NCBI GenBank assembly: GCA_965216615.1
Contig: CBDCGH010000014.1
Span: forward strand, 24,369 to 88,368
DNA: 64,000 nt
Origin: Vicinamibacterales bacterium
GTDB taxonomy: Bacteria; Acidobacteriota; Vicinamibacteria; Vicinamibacterales; UBA8438
Direction of reading: 5' to 3'
The translations under genes and the position numbers were made by a program. Below the pieces are notes generated by a model. It made no database searches. It had not been told where the DNA came from and worked only from the letters and a program-made list of their open reading frames with translations. Of the stretch, positions 33,959 to 43,336 are shown one piece after another (position 1 is the stretch's first letter; each line of letters starts with the position of its first letter).

Positions 33959-35578
33959 ATGCGATCCCGCTTCCTGCTGCTCGCCTTCTTCCTCGGTCCG
34001 CTGGTCAGCGCGCTCGTCACACCCAGCTTGCTGACGGCTGCGCAGCCTGGCGAGGTTGCCGGGGGCGACCCACCGGTGATCGCGGCCGTTAGACGCGCTC
34101 AAGACGGCTCGGCCTCGGAAGCTGTCCGGAGCCTGCTGGATGCGGCCGCGGACGCTGACGCCGGCGGCGTTGCCAATGCGGCCAACGCCGCCCAGGCTGA
34201 TGGCACAACCGCGATGCACTGGGCCGCGCGCCACGATGACCTGGAGACGGTTCGGCTCCTAATCGACGCAGGCGCCGATGTCGGAGCCGTCAACCGCTAC
34301 GGCGTGACGCCGCTACACCTCGCCGCCACAAACGGTAGCGCGAGCGTTGTGGCCGCCCTGCTCGACGCGGGTGCTGATCCGAATACGGCGTCGCCCGGAG
34401 GCGACACCATACTGATGGTCGCGGCGCGGACCGGTCGAGTCGAGGTCCTCAGACGCCTGATTCGCGCGGGAGCTGAAGTTGATCGTCGCGAGAACTGGCG
34501 CAATCAAACCGCGCTGATGTGGGCGGCGGCGGAGGGGCATGCAGAAGCCGTCGACCTGCTGGTCGAAGCCGGCGCGGAAGTGGACGCACGATCGGACGGG
34601 AAATGGAGCCCCTTGCTGTTTGCGGTCCGGGAGGGGCAGTTGGACGCGGCTCGTGCGCTGCTCGCGTCTGGGGCGGACGTGAACGGCGCCGCTCCGGGCG
34701 GGTCGAGCCCGCTCGCGGTGGCTGTGATCAACGCGCACTACGAGCTAGCGCTCCAGCTGCTGGAGGCCGGCGCGGATCCAAACGCCGCGGATCCGAGAGG
34801 CGCCATCCTCCATGCGCTGGCGTGGATGCGACGTCCCGGATCGGGCAGTCCACCGTTGCCCACTGGTGGCGTGTCGAGTCTGGAGCTCGGGCGAGCTCTG
34901 CTCGAGCGGGGCGCGGATCCGAATCGGCGGGTCGATTGGGAGGAGATTCCGTTCGAGGTCGACTTGGGCGTCGTGAAGCTCCCGCCAGGCATCTCAGTCG
35001 GCAGAAATTTTCTGAGCTTCGTCGGGGCGACACCCTTCTATCTGGCGGCCAAACATGCCGATCTCGATCTCATGCGCTTGCTGATCGAGCACGGTGCGGA
35101 TCCCCTCACGTCGACCTCGCAGCACGTCACGCCGCTCATGGCGGCTTCCGGTGTCGGCTTCTGGGATGGTGAAAGCCCCGGACCGAACAATGGGACACCA
35201 GAGGCGGTGCGGCTCGAAGCCGTGCGGCTCGCGCTCGAGCTTGGCAACGATATTCATGCCGCCACCGAGTTCGGGGACACCGCGATCAAGGGGGGCGGCG
35301 TCGACCTGTTGAGGCGCCATCCTGTGAACCTCAGTGAGTTCGACCCTCAGCGAGACCGAGGTGACATGCGGTGGGGCGGGAGCACCGCCCTACACGGCGC
35401 GGCGATGATGGGAGCGAACGTCATCGTCGAGTTCCTGGTGGAGCACGGCGCGCGGCCGGACGAGACGAACGATCTCGGCTGGACGCCGTTGATGGTCGCC
35501 GAGGGTGTCTTCGTGGCGAACACCGAGAAAGCGTGGCCGGAGACGGCCGCTCTGATTCGCGATCTGATGCGGCAATAG
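33959..35578 (+). CDS. exported ankyrin-repeat protein, copy A
   Basis: Signal peptide MRSRFLLLAFFLGPLVSALV... and multiple G.T(A/P)LH.AA..G......LL..GA(D/E) repeats. Confidence 0.8.
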   Translation: MRSRFLLLAFFLGPLVSALVTPSLLTAAQPGEVAGGDPPVIAAVRRAQDGSASEAVRSLLDAAADADAGGVANAANAAQADGTTAMHWAARHDDLETVRLLIDAGADVGAVNRYGVTPLHLAATNGSASVVAALLDAGADPNTASPGGDTILMVAARTGRVEVLRRLIRAGAEVDRRENWRNQTALMWAAAEGHAEAVDLLVEAGAEVDARSDGKWSPLLFAVREGQLDAARALLASGADVNGAAPGGSSPLAVAVINAHYELALQLLEAGADPNAADPRGAILHALAWMRRPGSGSPPLPTGGVSSLELGRALLERGADPNRRVDWEEIPFEVDLGVVKLPPGISVGRNFLSFVGATPFYLAAKHADLDLMRLLIEHGADPLTSTSQHVTPLMAASGVGFWDGESPGPNNGTPEAVRLEAVRLALELGNDIHAATEFGDTAIKGGGVDLLRRHPVNLSEFDPQRDRGDMRWGGSTALHGAAMMGANVIVEFLVEHGARPDETNDLGWTPLMVAEGVFVANTEKAWPETAALIRDLMRQ

Positions 35579-35599
35579 GGTAAGAGACGGGAGATAACG

Positions 35600-37747
35600 A
35601 TGCGCCGAAGACTCGGACTCGCAGTCGTTAGTGCCAGCGCCATCGTGTGGCTCGTGGGAGCGCACGGACTGTTCGCGGCGCGACCCAATACCGGTGTGAT
35701 CACCGGGACAGTGACCAGCGCGAGTGGGGCAGAAGCCGGCGTATGGGTGATTGCCGAAACCGACGAGCTCGAGACCGTGTATCGCAAGATCGTTGTGACC
35801 GACGACGAGGGTCGGTTCTTGCTGCCGGATATGCCAGACGTGCGGTTCAACGTATGGGTACGCGGATACGGCTTAGTCGACTCGATCCCCGTTCCCGCGA
35901 GGCCCGAACAGGATATCGACCTCACCGCCACCGTGGCCCCGACGCCGCAAGCGGCCGCCGCCGTGTACCCGGCGAACTACTGGCTGTCGCTGATTGACCT
36001 CCCGGAGGCGCACGAGTTCCCCGGTACAGGAGAAGGCGGCAACGGGATCAACCCCGAGCTCAAGTCGCAAGGTGAGTGGATCAACAACCTGAAAGGGTGC
36101 CAACGGTGTCACCAGGTAGGCAGTCTGCGGACCCGCGACGTTCCGGACATTCAAAATTTCGACTCGACACTGGCCGCGTGGAATGATCGGGTTCAGCGTG
36201 GACAGAGAGGGGCGCTGATGAACAGTTTCATGACGCGCTTTGGCCGCCAGCGCGGCCTCGAGATGGTCTCCGACTGGACCGACCGGATTGCGGCAGGTGC
36301 CGTTCCCGAGGCGCCACCACGGCCGACAGGGATCGAGCGCAACGTCGTGTTGACGATGTGGAATTGGGGTGACAGCGTGGCCTTCGTCCACGACGAAATC
36401 GCGACCGATAAGCGGGACCCGACCATCAATGCGAACGGTCCGATCTACGGCGTCGACATCGGCAACGATTTCCTCCTGGTCACCGATCCTGGCGAGCATC
36501 ACTCGACGATGCTCAAGATCCCGCTGCGAGCGCCGCGGGACAGCGTCCAGTCGATGTTCACGACGGAGGGATTCAAGCCATGGCGCGACTTTGGTGAGCG
36601 CGCCGTGTGGAACGATCCCGCGAATCCGCACAACCCGATGCTGGACAGCGAGGGGCGGGTGTGGCTGACGACGCGCGTACGGGCGCCGGAGAACCCGGAC
36701 TGGTGTCGGGAGCAGTCCGACAACCCATTCGCGCAGTACTTCCCGATCGAGCGGGCCGGCCGCCACGCCGGCTACTTCGACCCGAGAGCGCAGAAATTTG
36801 TTCTGATCGACACCTGTTTCGGCACCCATCACCTGCAGTTTGCCGAGGATGAGCACGACACGCTGTACTTCAGCGGGGGCGGCTCGGCGATCGGGTGGAT
36901 CAACACGAGGATGTACGACGAGACCGGCGATGAGCGCGCATCGCAGGGCTGGTGCCCGACGGTTCTCGATACCAACGGCGACGGCACCATTACCCAACCG
37001 TGGAACGAGCCACCGCCCAGAGGCGCGACGGCACCAACGCCAGACCCGTCGCTCGATACCCGCGTGGTCGTCGGCGCGTACGGCGTCATTGTCAGTCCGG
37101 TTGATGACGCGGTGTGGGTCGCATCCGACCGCTATCCGGGAGAGCTCCTGCGCCTGGATCCCGGCGACCATCCTCCGGAAACATGTATCAGCGAGCTCTA
37201 CGTCGTGCCGGCAGAGCAGGGCTATCGTACGCGTGGTCTAGACGTCGACAGAAGCGGCGTGCTGTGGACGGCGCTCGCGGGCAGCAGCCATTTCGCGAGC
37301 TTTGATCGCACGAAGTGCGCCACGCTCGGAGGTCCGGCAAACCGGGATGGCCGTCAGTGTGACGAGGGTTGGACGTTTTATCCGATGCCCGGTCCAGCGT
37401 ATGCCGGCACCAACATCGGTGCCGACTTTCACTATTACAACTGGGTGGACCAGTTCAATACGCTCGGACTAGGGGAGAACATCCCGATCGCGAACGGCTC
37501 CAACTCCGATTCGCTATTGGCCTTGATACCGGAGACCGGCGAATGGGTCGTGCTGCGCGTGCCCTACCCGCAGGGCTTTCACAGCCGGGGACTCGATGGC
37601 CGGATCGATGATCCCGAGGCGGGGTGGAAGGGGCGCGGTATCTACGCGACATATGGCGCCGACGCCGCGTGGCACGTGGAAGGCGGTCCGGGTGAGCCAG
37701 GCAACCTCGTGAAGTTTCAGATCCGCCCGGATCCGCTGGCTGAGTGA
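35600..37747 (+). CDS. exported CarboxypepD_reg-like domain + single CxxCH + beta-propeller-like protein, copy A
   Basis: Signal peptide, GVITGTVTSASGAEAGVWVIAE...DDEGRFLLPDMP, and CQRCH at 36098-36112. The C-terminal region has ..RGLDVDRSGVLWTAL..-type blades. It is a paralog of 49136-51358. Confidence 0.65.
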   Translation: MRRRLGLAVVSASAIVWLVGAHGLFAARPNTGVITGTVTSASGAEAGVWVIAETDELETVYRKIVVTDDEGRFLLPDMPDVRFNVWVRGYGLVDSIPVPARPEQDIDLTATVAPTPQAAAAVYPANYWLSLIDLPEAHEFPGTGEGGNGINPELKSQGEWINNLKGCQRCHQVGSLRTRDVPDIQNFDSTLAAWNDRVQRGQRGALMNSFMTRFGRQRGLEMVSDWTDRIAAGAVPEAPPRPTGIERNVVLTMWNWGDSVAFVHDEIATDKRDPTINANGPIYGVDIGNDFLLVTDPGEHHSTMLKIPLRAPRDSVQSMFTTEGFKPWRDFGERAVWNDPANPHNPMLDSEGRVWLTTRVRAPENPDWCREQSDNPFAQYFPIERAGRHAGYFDPRAQKFVLIDTCFGTHHLQFAEDEHDTLYFSGGGSAIGWINTRMYDETGDERASQGWCPTVLDTNGDGTITQPWNEPPPRGATAPTPDPSLDTRVVVGAYGVIVSPVDDAVWVASDRYPGELLRLDPGDHPPETCISELYVVPAEQGYRTRGLDVDRSGVLWTALAGSSHFASFDRTKCATLGGPANRDGRQCDEGWTFYPMPGPAYAGTNIGADFHYYNWVDQFNTLGLGENIPIANGSNSDSLLALIPETGEWVVLRVPYPQGFHSRGLDGRIDDPEAGWKGRGIYATYGADAAWHVEGGPGEPGNLVKFQIRPDPLAE

Positions 37748-37778
37748 TCCGACTCGCCACCAGACGACAGGCGCCGCT

Positions 37779-39107
37779 CTACACGTCGGACAGCAGCTCG
37801 ATCGCGCCGGCCTGATTGCGCATCTGCTCGACCGGTGCACCCATCTTGTCGAGCAGCGTCATGAGTAGGTTGCTCGCCGCGCCATCCTCATAGCGAAGAT
37901 GACGTCCACCGGCGAAGAGACTGCTTCCGCCGACCATCAGGAGCGGAAGGCCCGTGCTTTGGTGCCGATTGCTATCAGACATGCCGGCGCCATAGAGCAA
38001 GACCATGTGGTCGAGCAAGGAGCCGTCTCCGTCCGGTGTGGCCTGGAGCTTGTCGAGATAGTACCCGAGCAGCGAGACGTGGAACTCGTTGATCTTCGTG
38101 ATTTTCTCGTAGAGCAGCGGGTTGTCGCGATGATGTGAGGTCGGATGGTGCGAGTCGGGTACGCCGATCTCGGCGTAGGTCCGTCCGCTGATCTCACGAC
38201 CGAGCATGAAGGTGATCACGCGCGTCAGGTCGGTCTGATACGCGAGCACTTGAAGGTCGAACATGAGCTTGGCGTGATCTTCGTAGACCCGCGGGATGCC
38301 AGCGGGCTGCGGTACCTCCGGGAGCTCGCGGTCGCTCTGTTCCTCCGCCTTCTGAATGCGCCGCTCGACGTCACGGACCGCCTCGAGGTACTGGTCAATC
38401 TTCTGGCGATCGCCCTCGCCGACCTGGCGGGTCAAGGTGGCCACCTTGTCTGTGACCGAATCTAAGATGCTCCGCTCGCGTTTGATCTGACCGAGCCGGG
38501 CAGCCTTGTCAGTGGTCCCGGCATCACCGAACAGGCGCTCAAAGACGGCGCGCGGATTGGGTTCCATCGGCAACGGGGTCGTCTTGTTACGCCAAGCGAT
38601 CGTGCTCGTGTACATGCAGCTGAAGCCAACATCACATGAACCGGAGACGTCCCGTGGATCGAGGGCCAATTCGAGTGATCCAAGCTGTGTGTCCTGGCTC
38701 GACTCTCGTGCGATGAGCTGGTCGACTGAGACGCCCGCGTTCAGGGTCGACTCGGAACGAGCCGGAGTGACACCGGTGAGAAACCGCGTCGCTGCGCTGG
38801 CATGGACGCCCGAGTTACTCGGCACCGCGTTGAGGCCGGTGAGGACCAGCATGCGATCTCGGTGCTGCGATAGTCCAGACAGAATGCGACTCGCCTCGAA
38901 GCCCGCGCCGGTGGTCGCGGGCGTCCAGTTCTTCATGGCCATTCCGTTCGGCACATAGACGACGCCGAAACGTCGTGCGGGCCGTGAGACCAGGTTGCGG
39001 GCAGACGCGAGGGCCGGAACCATCCCGTCGAGAAGCGGCAGCGCCAATGAGGCCCCGAGACCACGGAGGACGGTTCGGCGTGGAATGGATCGCTTCGTAA
39101 TGATCAT
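37779..39107 (-). CDS. DUF1552 (HXXSHH) family protein with a Tat signal, copy B
   Basis: MIITKRSIPRRTVLRGLGASLALPLLDGM and the HHPTSHH motif. It is collinear with copy A. Confidence 0.8.
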   Translation of the reverse strand: MIITKRSIPRRTVLRGLGASLALPLLDGMVPALASARNLVSRPARRFGVVYVPNGMAMKNWTPATTGAGFEASRILSGLSQHRDRMLVLTGLNAVPSNSGVHASAATRFLTGVTPARSESTLNAGVSVDQLIARESSQDTQLGSLELALDPRDVSGSCDVGFSCMYTSTIAWRNKTTPLPMEPNPRAVFERLFGDAGTTDKAARLGQIKRERSILDSVTDKVATLTRQVGEGDRQKIDQYLEAVRDVERRIQKAEEQSDRELPEVPQPAGIPRVYEDHAKLMFDLQVLAYQTDLTRVITFMLGREISGRTYAEIGVPDSHHPTSHHRDNPLLYEKITKINEFHVSLLGYYLDKLQATPDGDGSLLDHMVLLYGAGMSDSNRHQSTGLPLLMVGGSSLFAGGRHLRYEDGAASNLLMTLLDKMGAPVEQMRNQAGAIELLSDV

Positions 39108-41629
39108 CAGTGAGACCTCCGCATCTGGAACGGCGTGCTCTCTACGATTCCCATAATGATAGCCGACCAGCGATAGTCTTCGGGCGCAGCCTTTCGAACC
39201 ACCGTGCGTACGGTGGGGGCGTCGTAATACTCGAGTCCGCGCCCAAGCGCGTAGATGAGCATCTTTTCTGTCACTGTGCCCACGAAGTCATCCGGTCGGC
39301 TAAGGAGCAGATCACGGAGCCCGGTCGGGCCATCAAAGACGCGGCCGTCTGGAAGCGCTCCCGAGGCGTCGATTGTCTCCCCGGCGTAGGACGGACGCCA
39401 CGCTCCGATGGCATCGTAATTCTCGAGGGAGAAGCCGATCGGGTCCATGGGCGCATGGCACCCGCGACACGCGGGGTTTTCGCGATGCTGCACCATCGCC
39501 TCGCGCATCGTGAGCGTGCGCCCATCGCGCTTCTCCTCGAGTGTCGGCACGTTCGGCGGCGGCTCTGGCGGCGGTGCACCCACCAGATTCTCGAGAACGA
39601 ACTTGCCGCGCAGGACCGGAGACGTACGGTTCGGATACGAGGTCACGGTCATCAGACTGCCGTGTCCGAGCAGACCGCCGCGTCGGCCGTCGGTGAAGGC
39701 GATCTTCCGAAATCGGCTCCCGTTGATACCGGGGATGCCATAGTGCCTCGCGAGCCGTTCGTTGACGAACGCGTAATCGGCATTGAGGAGCTCGAGGACG
39801 CTGCGGTCTTCCTGCAGTTGATACCGCATGAACAGCTGGGTCTCGCGTTCAAAGGCCTCGCGAAGGTTTTCGTCGAATTCCGGAAACAAATGCGGGTCGG
39901 GGTAGACCGACCGCATATTTCGTAGAAAGAGCCACTGCCCGACGAAGTTGTCGACCAAAGCCTCGGACCTGGGGTCGGCGAGCATCCGGCCAACCTGCCT
40001 GCTTAGGACCTCGGGATCGCTCAGGCTCCCGTCTTCCACTCGGGAGAGAAGCGCGTCGTCCGGAATGCTGCTCCACAGAAAGAACGACAGGCGCGAGGCG
40101 AGCTCCGCCAGAGCGAGGGGATACGTGGATCCCGGCGACGCATCGATCGGGTGTCGCTCGATCCTGAACACGAAGTCGGGATCGGCGAGCAACCGCTCCA
40201 GCGCGAACTGAATACCGGTCTCGAACGTTCCACCGTCCCGACCCCTCTCGAAGAACTCGACGAGGGTGTCGATGTCGGTTGAGGTGAGCGATCGGCGGTA
40301 CGCAAGCCGGCCGAGGCGCGACAGAATCTCACGTGCGCAGTCGGTCTCGATCGCACGAGAGGCTCGCTTCGGATAGCAGCTGAAGATACGCTGACGGCTG
40401 GGTGTGTCTCCGGGTCCAGTGATGTCATATGGTCCGGTGATTTCAATGCTGCCGAGCCGTGGATAGGAGTCTGGCATCTCGTTGATCGCGAGGGCGAATC
40501 CGACCTGGCGCGGTTGGAGCACGCCTTCGTCTTCCCACGTCTCCCGTGGAAACGTGACCGCAATCAGTCGAGATCCGGCCTGGACCGGGAGGCGGATTTC
40601 AAGCCCGTCGTCCGCGTGAAGCATGTACTCTTCCCACTCGATGTCCCCCCGAACGTTCCCGGCATAGCTCAGTGGTGCCGGCATGCCCGGGGCTTCACCG
40701 CCGAAGGTGAACTCGGCGATACGGCGCCCGTCGAGACGAATCTCGAGTTCGTGCGCCTCGTCGATTCCGCGCACGTACCCGACGTAGTTCGTTTGCAACC
40801 GCACCCGGACCGAGTACTCCCCGTCGACGGGAAAGTTGTGACGAATCGCGCCGCCGCCCCGTGAGCCGAACGGGAGGTCCTCACTCAGCTGGTCATCCTG
40901 AATCAGGTTGAGCGGAATGTCGTAGGTGTCGACCACCGGGCCATGGGGCTTTGCGCCGACCGCAAGGCGGCTGATCTTCCGCGCGGTGGCCACGTATCGT
41001 TCGAGCAACGATGGCGAGATGGACAAGGCCCCGGCGTTGTTGTCGAAGCCATTCTGATCTGGGGCATCAGCCGGGAGGAACGCGGAAACGTCCACTTCAA
41101 GGTGAAGCAGATCGCGGACGGCATTGCCATATTCCGTACGGTTCAACCGATGGAACGCCTCCGTTCGACCCGGATCGGGCCGAGTCGCTGCCGCTCGGTC
41201 GAGCTCGTCCTCCAGATACCTCCGGAAGCGGTCATACGCGACTGGAACCGGGCGCGGCCTTGGGGGCGGCGGCATGGCGCCGACACGAAGTTTCCGGACG
41301 ACGCTCTCCCAGAGCTCCGGGTCGCCCGCGACGTTCGCGACGTCGGCGTCGTCGAGCGTCAATCCGAGATGCCGAAGCTGCACACTCAGGGCCGACGGGT
41401 CGTCGACGACCCCCGGAGACCCGCTCGTGCGGGCCTGGTTGTGGCACGTGACGCAGTACTGGTCGAGTAGGGTTCGATGAGCCGCGATCTCCGAGGAGGA
41501 CGCGTTTGACGTGCTGGACCCGCTCTGTTGGCCGGCCGAGGCCTGGAGATACGCGGCAGCCGTCGTGAGCGCGAACAACGCGAGTACCCAGCTGCCCTGG
41601 CGCAGACTCGGAATCACCCGCGACGTCAT
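39107..41629 (-). CDS. DUF1592-type multidomain c-type cytochrome, copy B
   Basis: Signal peptide from the M at 41629. DQYCVTCHN and NPACRGCHAPMDPIGFSLENYDAIGAWR. It is collinear with copy A. Confidence 0.8.
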   Translation of the reverse strand: MTSRVIPSLRQGSWVLALFALTTAAAYLQASAGQQSGSSTSNASSSEIAAHRTLLDQYCVTCHNQARTSGSPGVVDDPSALSVQLRHLGLTLDDADVANVAGDPELWESVVRKLRVGAMPPPPRPRPVPVAYDRFRRYLEDELDRAAATRPDPGRTEAFHRLNRTEYGNAVRDLLHLEVDVSAFLPADAPDQNGFDNNAGALSISPSLLERYVATARKISRLAVGAKPHGPVVDTYDIPLNLIQDDQLSEDLPFGSRGGGAIRHNFPVDGEYSVRVRLQTNYVGYVRGIDEAHELEIRLDGRRIAEFTFGGEAPGMPAPLSYAGNVRGDIEWEEYMLHADDGLEIRLPVQAGSRLIAVTFPRETWEDEGVLQPRQVGFALAINEMPDSYPRLGSIEITGPYDITGPGDTPSRQRIFSCYPKRASRAIETDCAREILSRLGRLAYRRSLTSTDIDTLVEFFERGRDGGTFETGIQFALERLLADPDFVFRIERHPIDASPGSTYPLALAELASRLSFFLWSSIPDDALLSRVEDGSLSDPEVLSRQVGRMLADPRSEALVDNFVGQWLFLRNMRSVYPDPHLFPEFDENLREAFERETQLFMRYQLQEDRSVLELLNADYAFVNERLARHYGIPGINGSRFRKIAFTDGRRGGLLGHGSLMTVTSYPNRTSPVLRGKFVLENLVGAPPPEPPPNVPTLEEKRDGRTLTMREAMVQHRENPACRGCHAPMDPIGFSLENYDAIGAWRPSYAGETIDASGALPDGRVFDGPTGLRDLLLSRPDDFVGTVTEKMLIYALGRGLEYYDAPTVRTVVRKAAPEDYRWSAIIMGIVESTPFQMRRSH

Positions 41630-41695
41630 GCCACGCTCAGGGTCGACCACAACTAAGTACCAGAAGAAACAATAGTTTGGCGTGATGTGAGTCTA

Positions 41696-41724
41696 TTGTC
41701 AACGTGGCTGAGCTGCGGTAGCAT
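41696..41724 (+). promoter_or_regulatory. candidate promoter TTGTCA-N17-TAGCAT for ankyrin operon B
   Basis: Same hexamers and spacing as 33904-33932. The ATG at 41739 follows 14 nt after the -10. Confidence 0.55.
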
Positions 41725-41738
41725 TGGGCGCAAGCCGT

Positions 41739-43298
41739 ATGCATGTGAACAGGGGAGTGTCCGCGTCCGGACTCATCGTTTTGGCGGTCTGTGTGTTCCT
41801 GATTGGGTTGCCGGCGGCGGAAGCACAGCGAGCCGGTGCCGACCATCAGCTGATCGAGGCTATCAAGGCGCAGGACCTCGTGTGGGCCCGCGAGCTCTTG
41901 GATGACGGGGCGGATGTGGATGAGACTCAGCCAGATGGGGCGACCGCCCTACACTGGGCCGCGCATCGAGAGGATCTGGCTGCAGTCGAGCTATTACTCG
42001 AAGCCGGAGCGAACGTGGCCGTGGCCAACGAGCTTGGCGCGACGCCACTGTGGGTCGCCAGCGTCAATGGGACCGCGCCGGTAATCGAGCGCCTGCTTCG
42101 GGCGGGGGCCAATCCTAGTATCAGGCTTCCGGAGGGCGAGACGCCCCTGCTGACAGCATCTCGCTCGGGCAACGTCGACGCCGTGAAGCTCCTTCTTGCG
42201 GGTGGAGCGAGTCCCAATGCCCGCGAGGAACGTCGTCATCAGACCGCGTTGATGTGGGCTGCAGCTCGGGGGCACACGGACATCGTTCGGGTGCTCATCG
42301 ATGCCGGGGCGGACGTCGGCGCGCGTTCGAAGGCGCGCGAGCGCCTGCTGTTCGCCGACAAGCGACAGGGCAACCAGTACGACCAGGGCGTCGAAGTCGC
42401 GAAGGGCGGATACACGCCACTGCTGTTTTGCGCCCGTCGAGGTCAACTGGAGGCCGCCCGCCTTCTGCTGGCCGCCGGAGCGGACGTTAACGATCAGGCT
42501 CCAGATGGCGCGAGCGCTCTGGTGGTTGCGGCGCATAGCGGCCACATTGGGCTCGTTGAACAGCTGCTCGAGTCTGGGGCTGAGCCCAATGCCATCGATG
42601 CCGGGTACGCGCCGCTTCACGCGGCGGTGCTGAGAGGAGAGATCGCGATGGTGCGCGCACTCTTGGCACATGGGGCCGACCCAAACCTCCGCCTCGAAAA
42701 GGGAACGGCGCTCAGGCGCGCAGGCATGGACTGGGCGTTGAGACCAGCGTTCGTGAGTGCGACACCGTACTGGCTGGCCGCCCAGTATCGCGAACCTGAA
42801 ATCATGCAGGTGCTGGCTGATGGGGGAGCTGACCCCTCGATCCGCACGCTGCCGCGCCCCGTGCCGGTCAAGGCGCGGGCAGGAGGTGTGGGCCCGCCAC
42901 GTATGGAAGGTGGATTCGAGACGCCTCTGCTGGCGGCGGTGAGAGGTCAAAACGACAGGGAGCGGCGGTTCTTGCTCGACGGTCGCTTTGTCGACCGCGC
43001 CGCTGAAGAACGCTTGGCGCTCCAGGCGGTTTCTATCGCAATCGACCATGGGGCGGACATCGATGCCCTCGACCGCGGCGGGAACACCGTGTTGCACGGC
43101 GCTGCCTCAAACAACTTCATTCCCCTCATAAGACTATTAGCGGAACGAGGGGCTCAACTCGAAATGAAGAACAAGGGCGGACGGACGCCGCTGGATGTGG
43201 CCAAGGCTGCTGAGGAGCGCCGAGGCCGTCGCTCCGATACCGTCGAGTCTGGACCGAGCGCCGCGGACGTGCTGCGTGAACTCGGCGCGACCCGATAG
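41739..43298 (+). CDS. exported ankyrin-repeat protein, copy B
   Basis: Signal peptide MHVNRGVSASGLIVLAVCVFLIGLPAAEAQ, with ANK repeats throughout. Confidence 0.8.
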   Translation: MHVNRGVSASGLIVLAVCVFLIGLPAAEAQRAGADHQLIEAIKAQDLVWARELLDDGADVDETQPDGATALHWAAHREDLAAVELLLEAGANVAVANELGATPLWVASVNGTAPVIERLLRAGANPSIRLPEGETPLLTASRSGNVDAVKLLLAGGASPNAREERRHQTALMWAAARGHTDIVRVLIDAGADVGARSKARERLLFADKRQGNQYDQGVEVAKGGYTPLLFCARRGQLEAARLLLAAGADVNDQAPDGASALVVAAHSGHIGLVEQLLESGAEPNAIDAGYAPLHAAVLRGEIAMVRALLAHGADPNLRLEKGTALRRAGMDWALRPAFVSATPYWLAAQYREPEIMQVLADGGADPSIRTLPRPVPVKARAGGVGPPRMEGGFETPLLAAVRGQNDRERRFLLDGRFVDRAAEERLALQAVSIAIDHGADIDALDRGGNTVLHGAASNNFIPLIRLLAERGAQLEMKNKGGRTPLDVAKAAEERRGRRSDTVESGPSAADVLRELGATR

Positions 43299-43336
43299 CT
43301 GCGGACAAACCCCGAAACGGGACCCCTGAGGATGCT

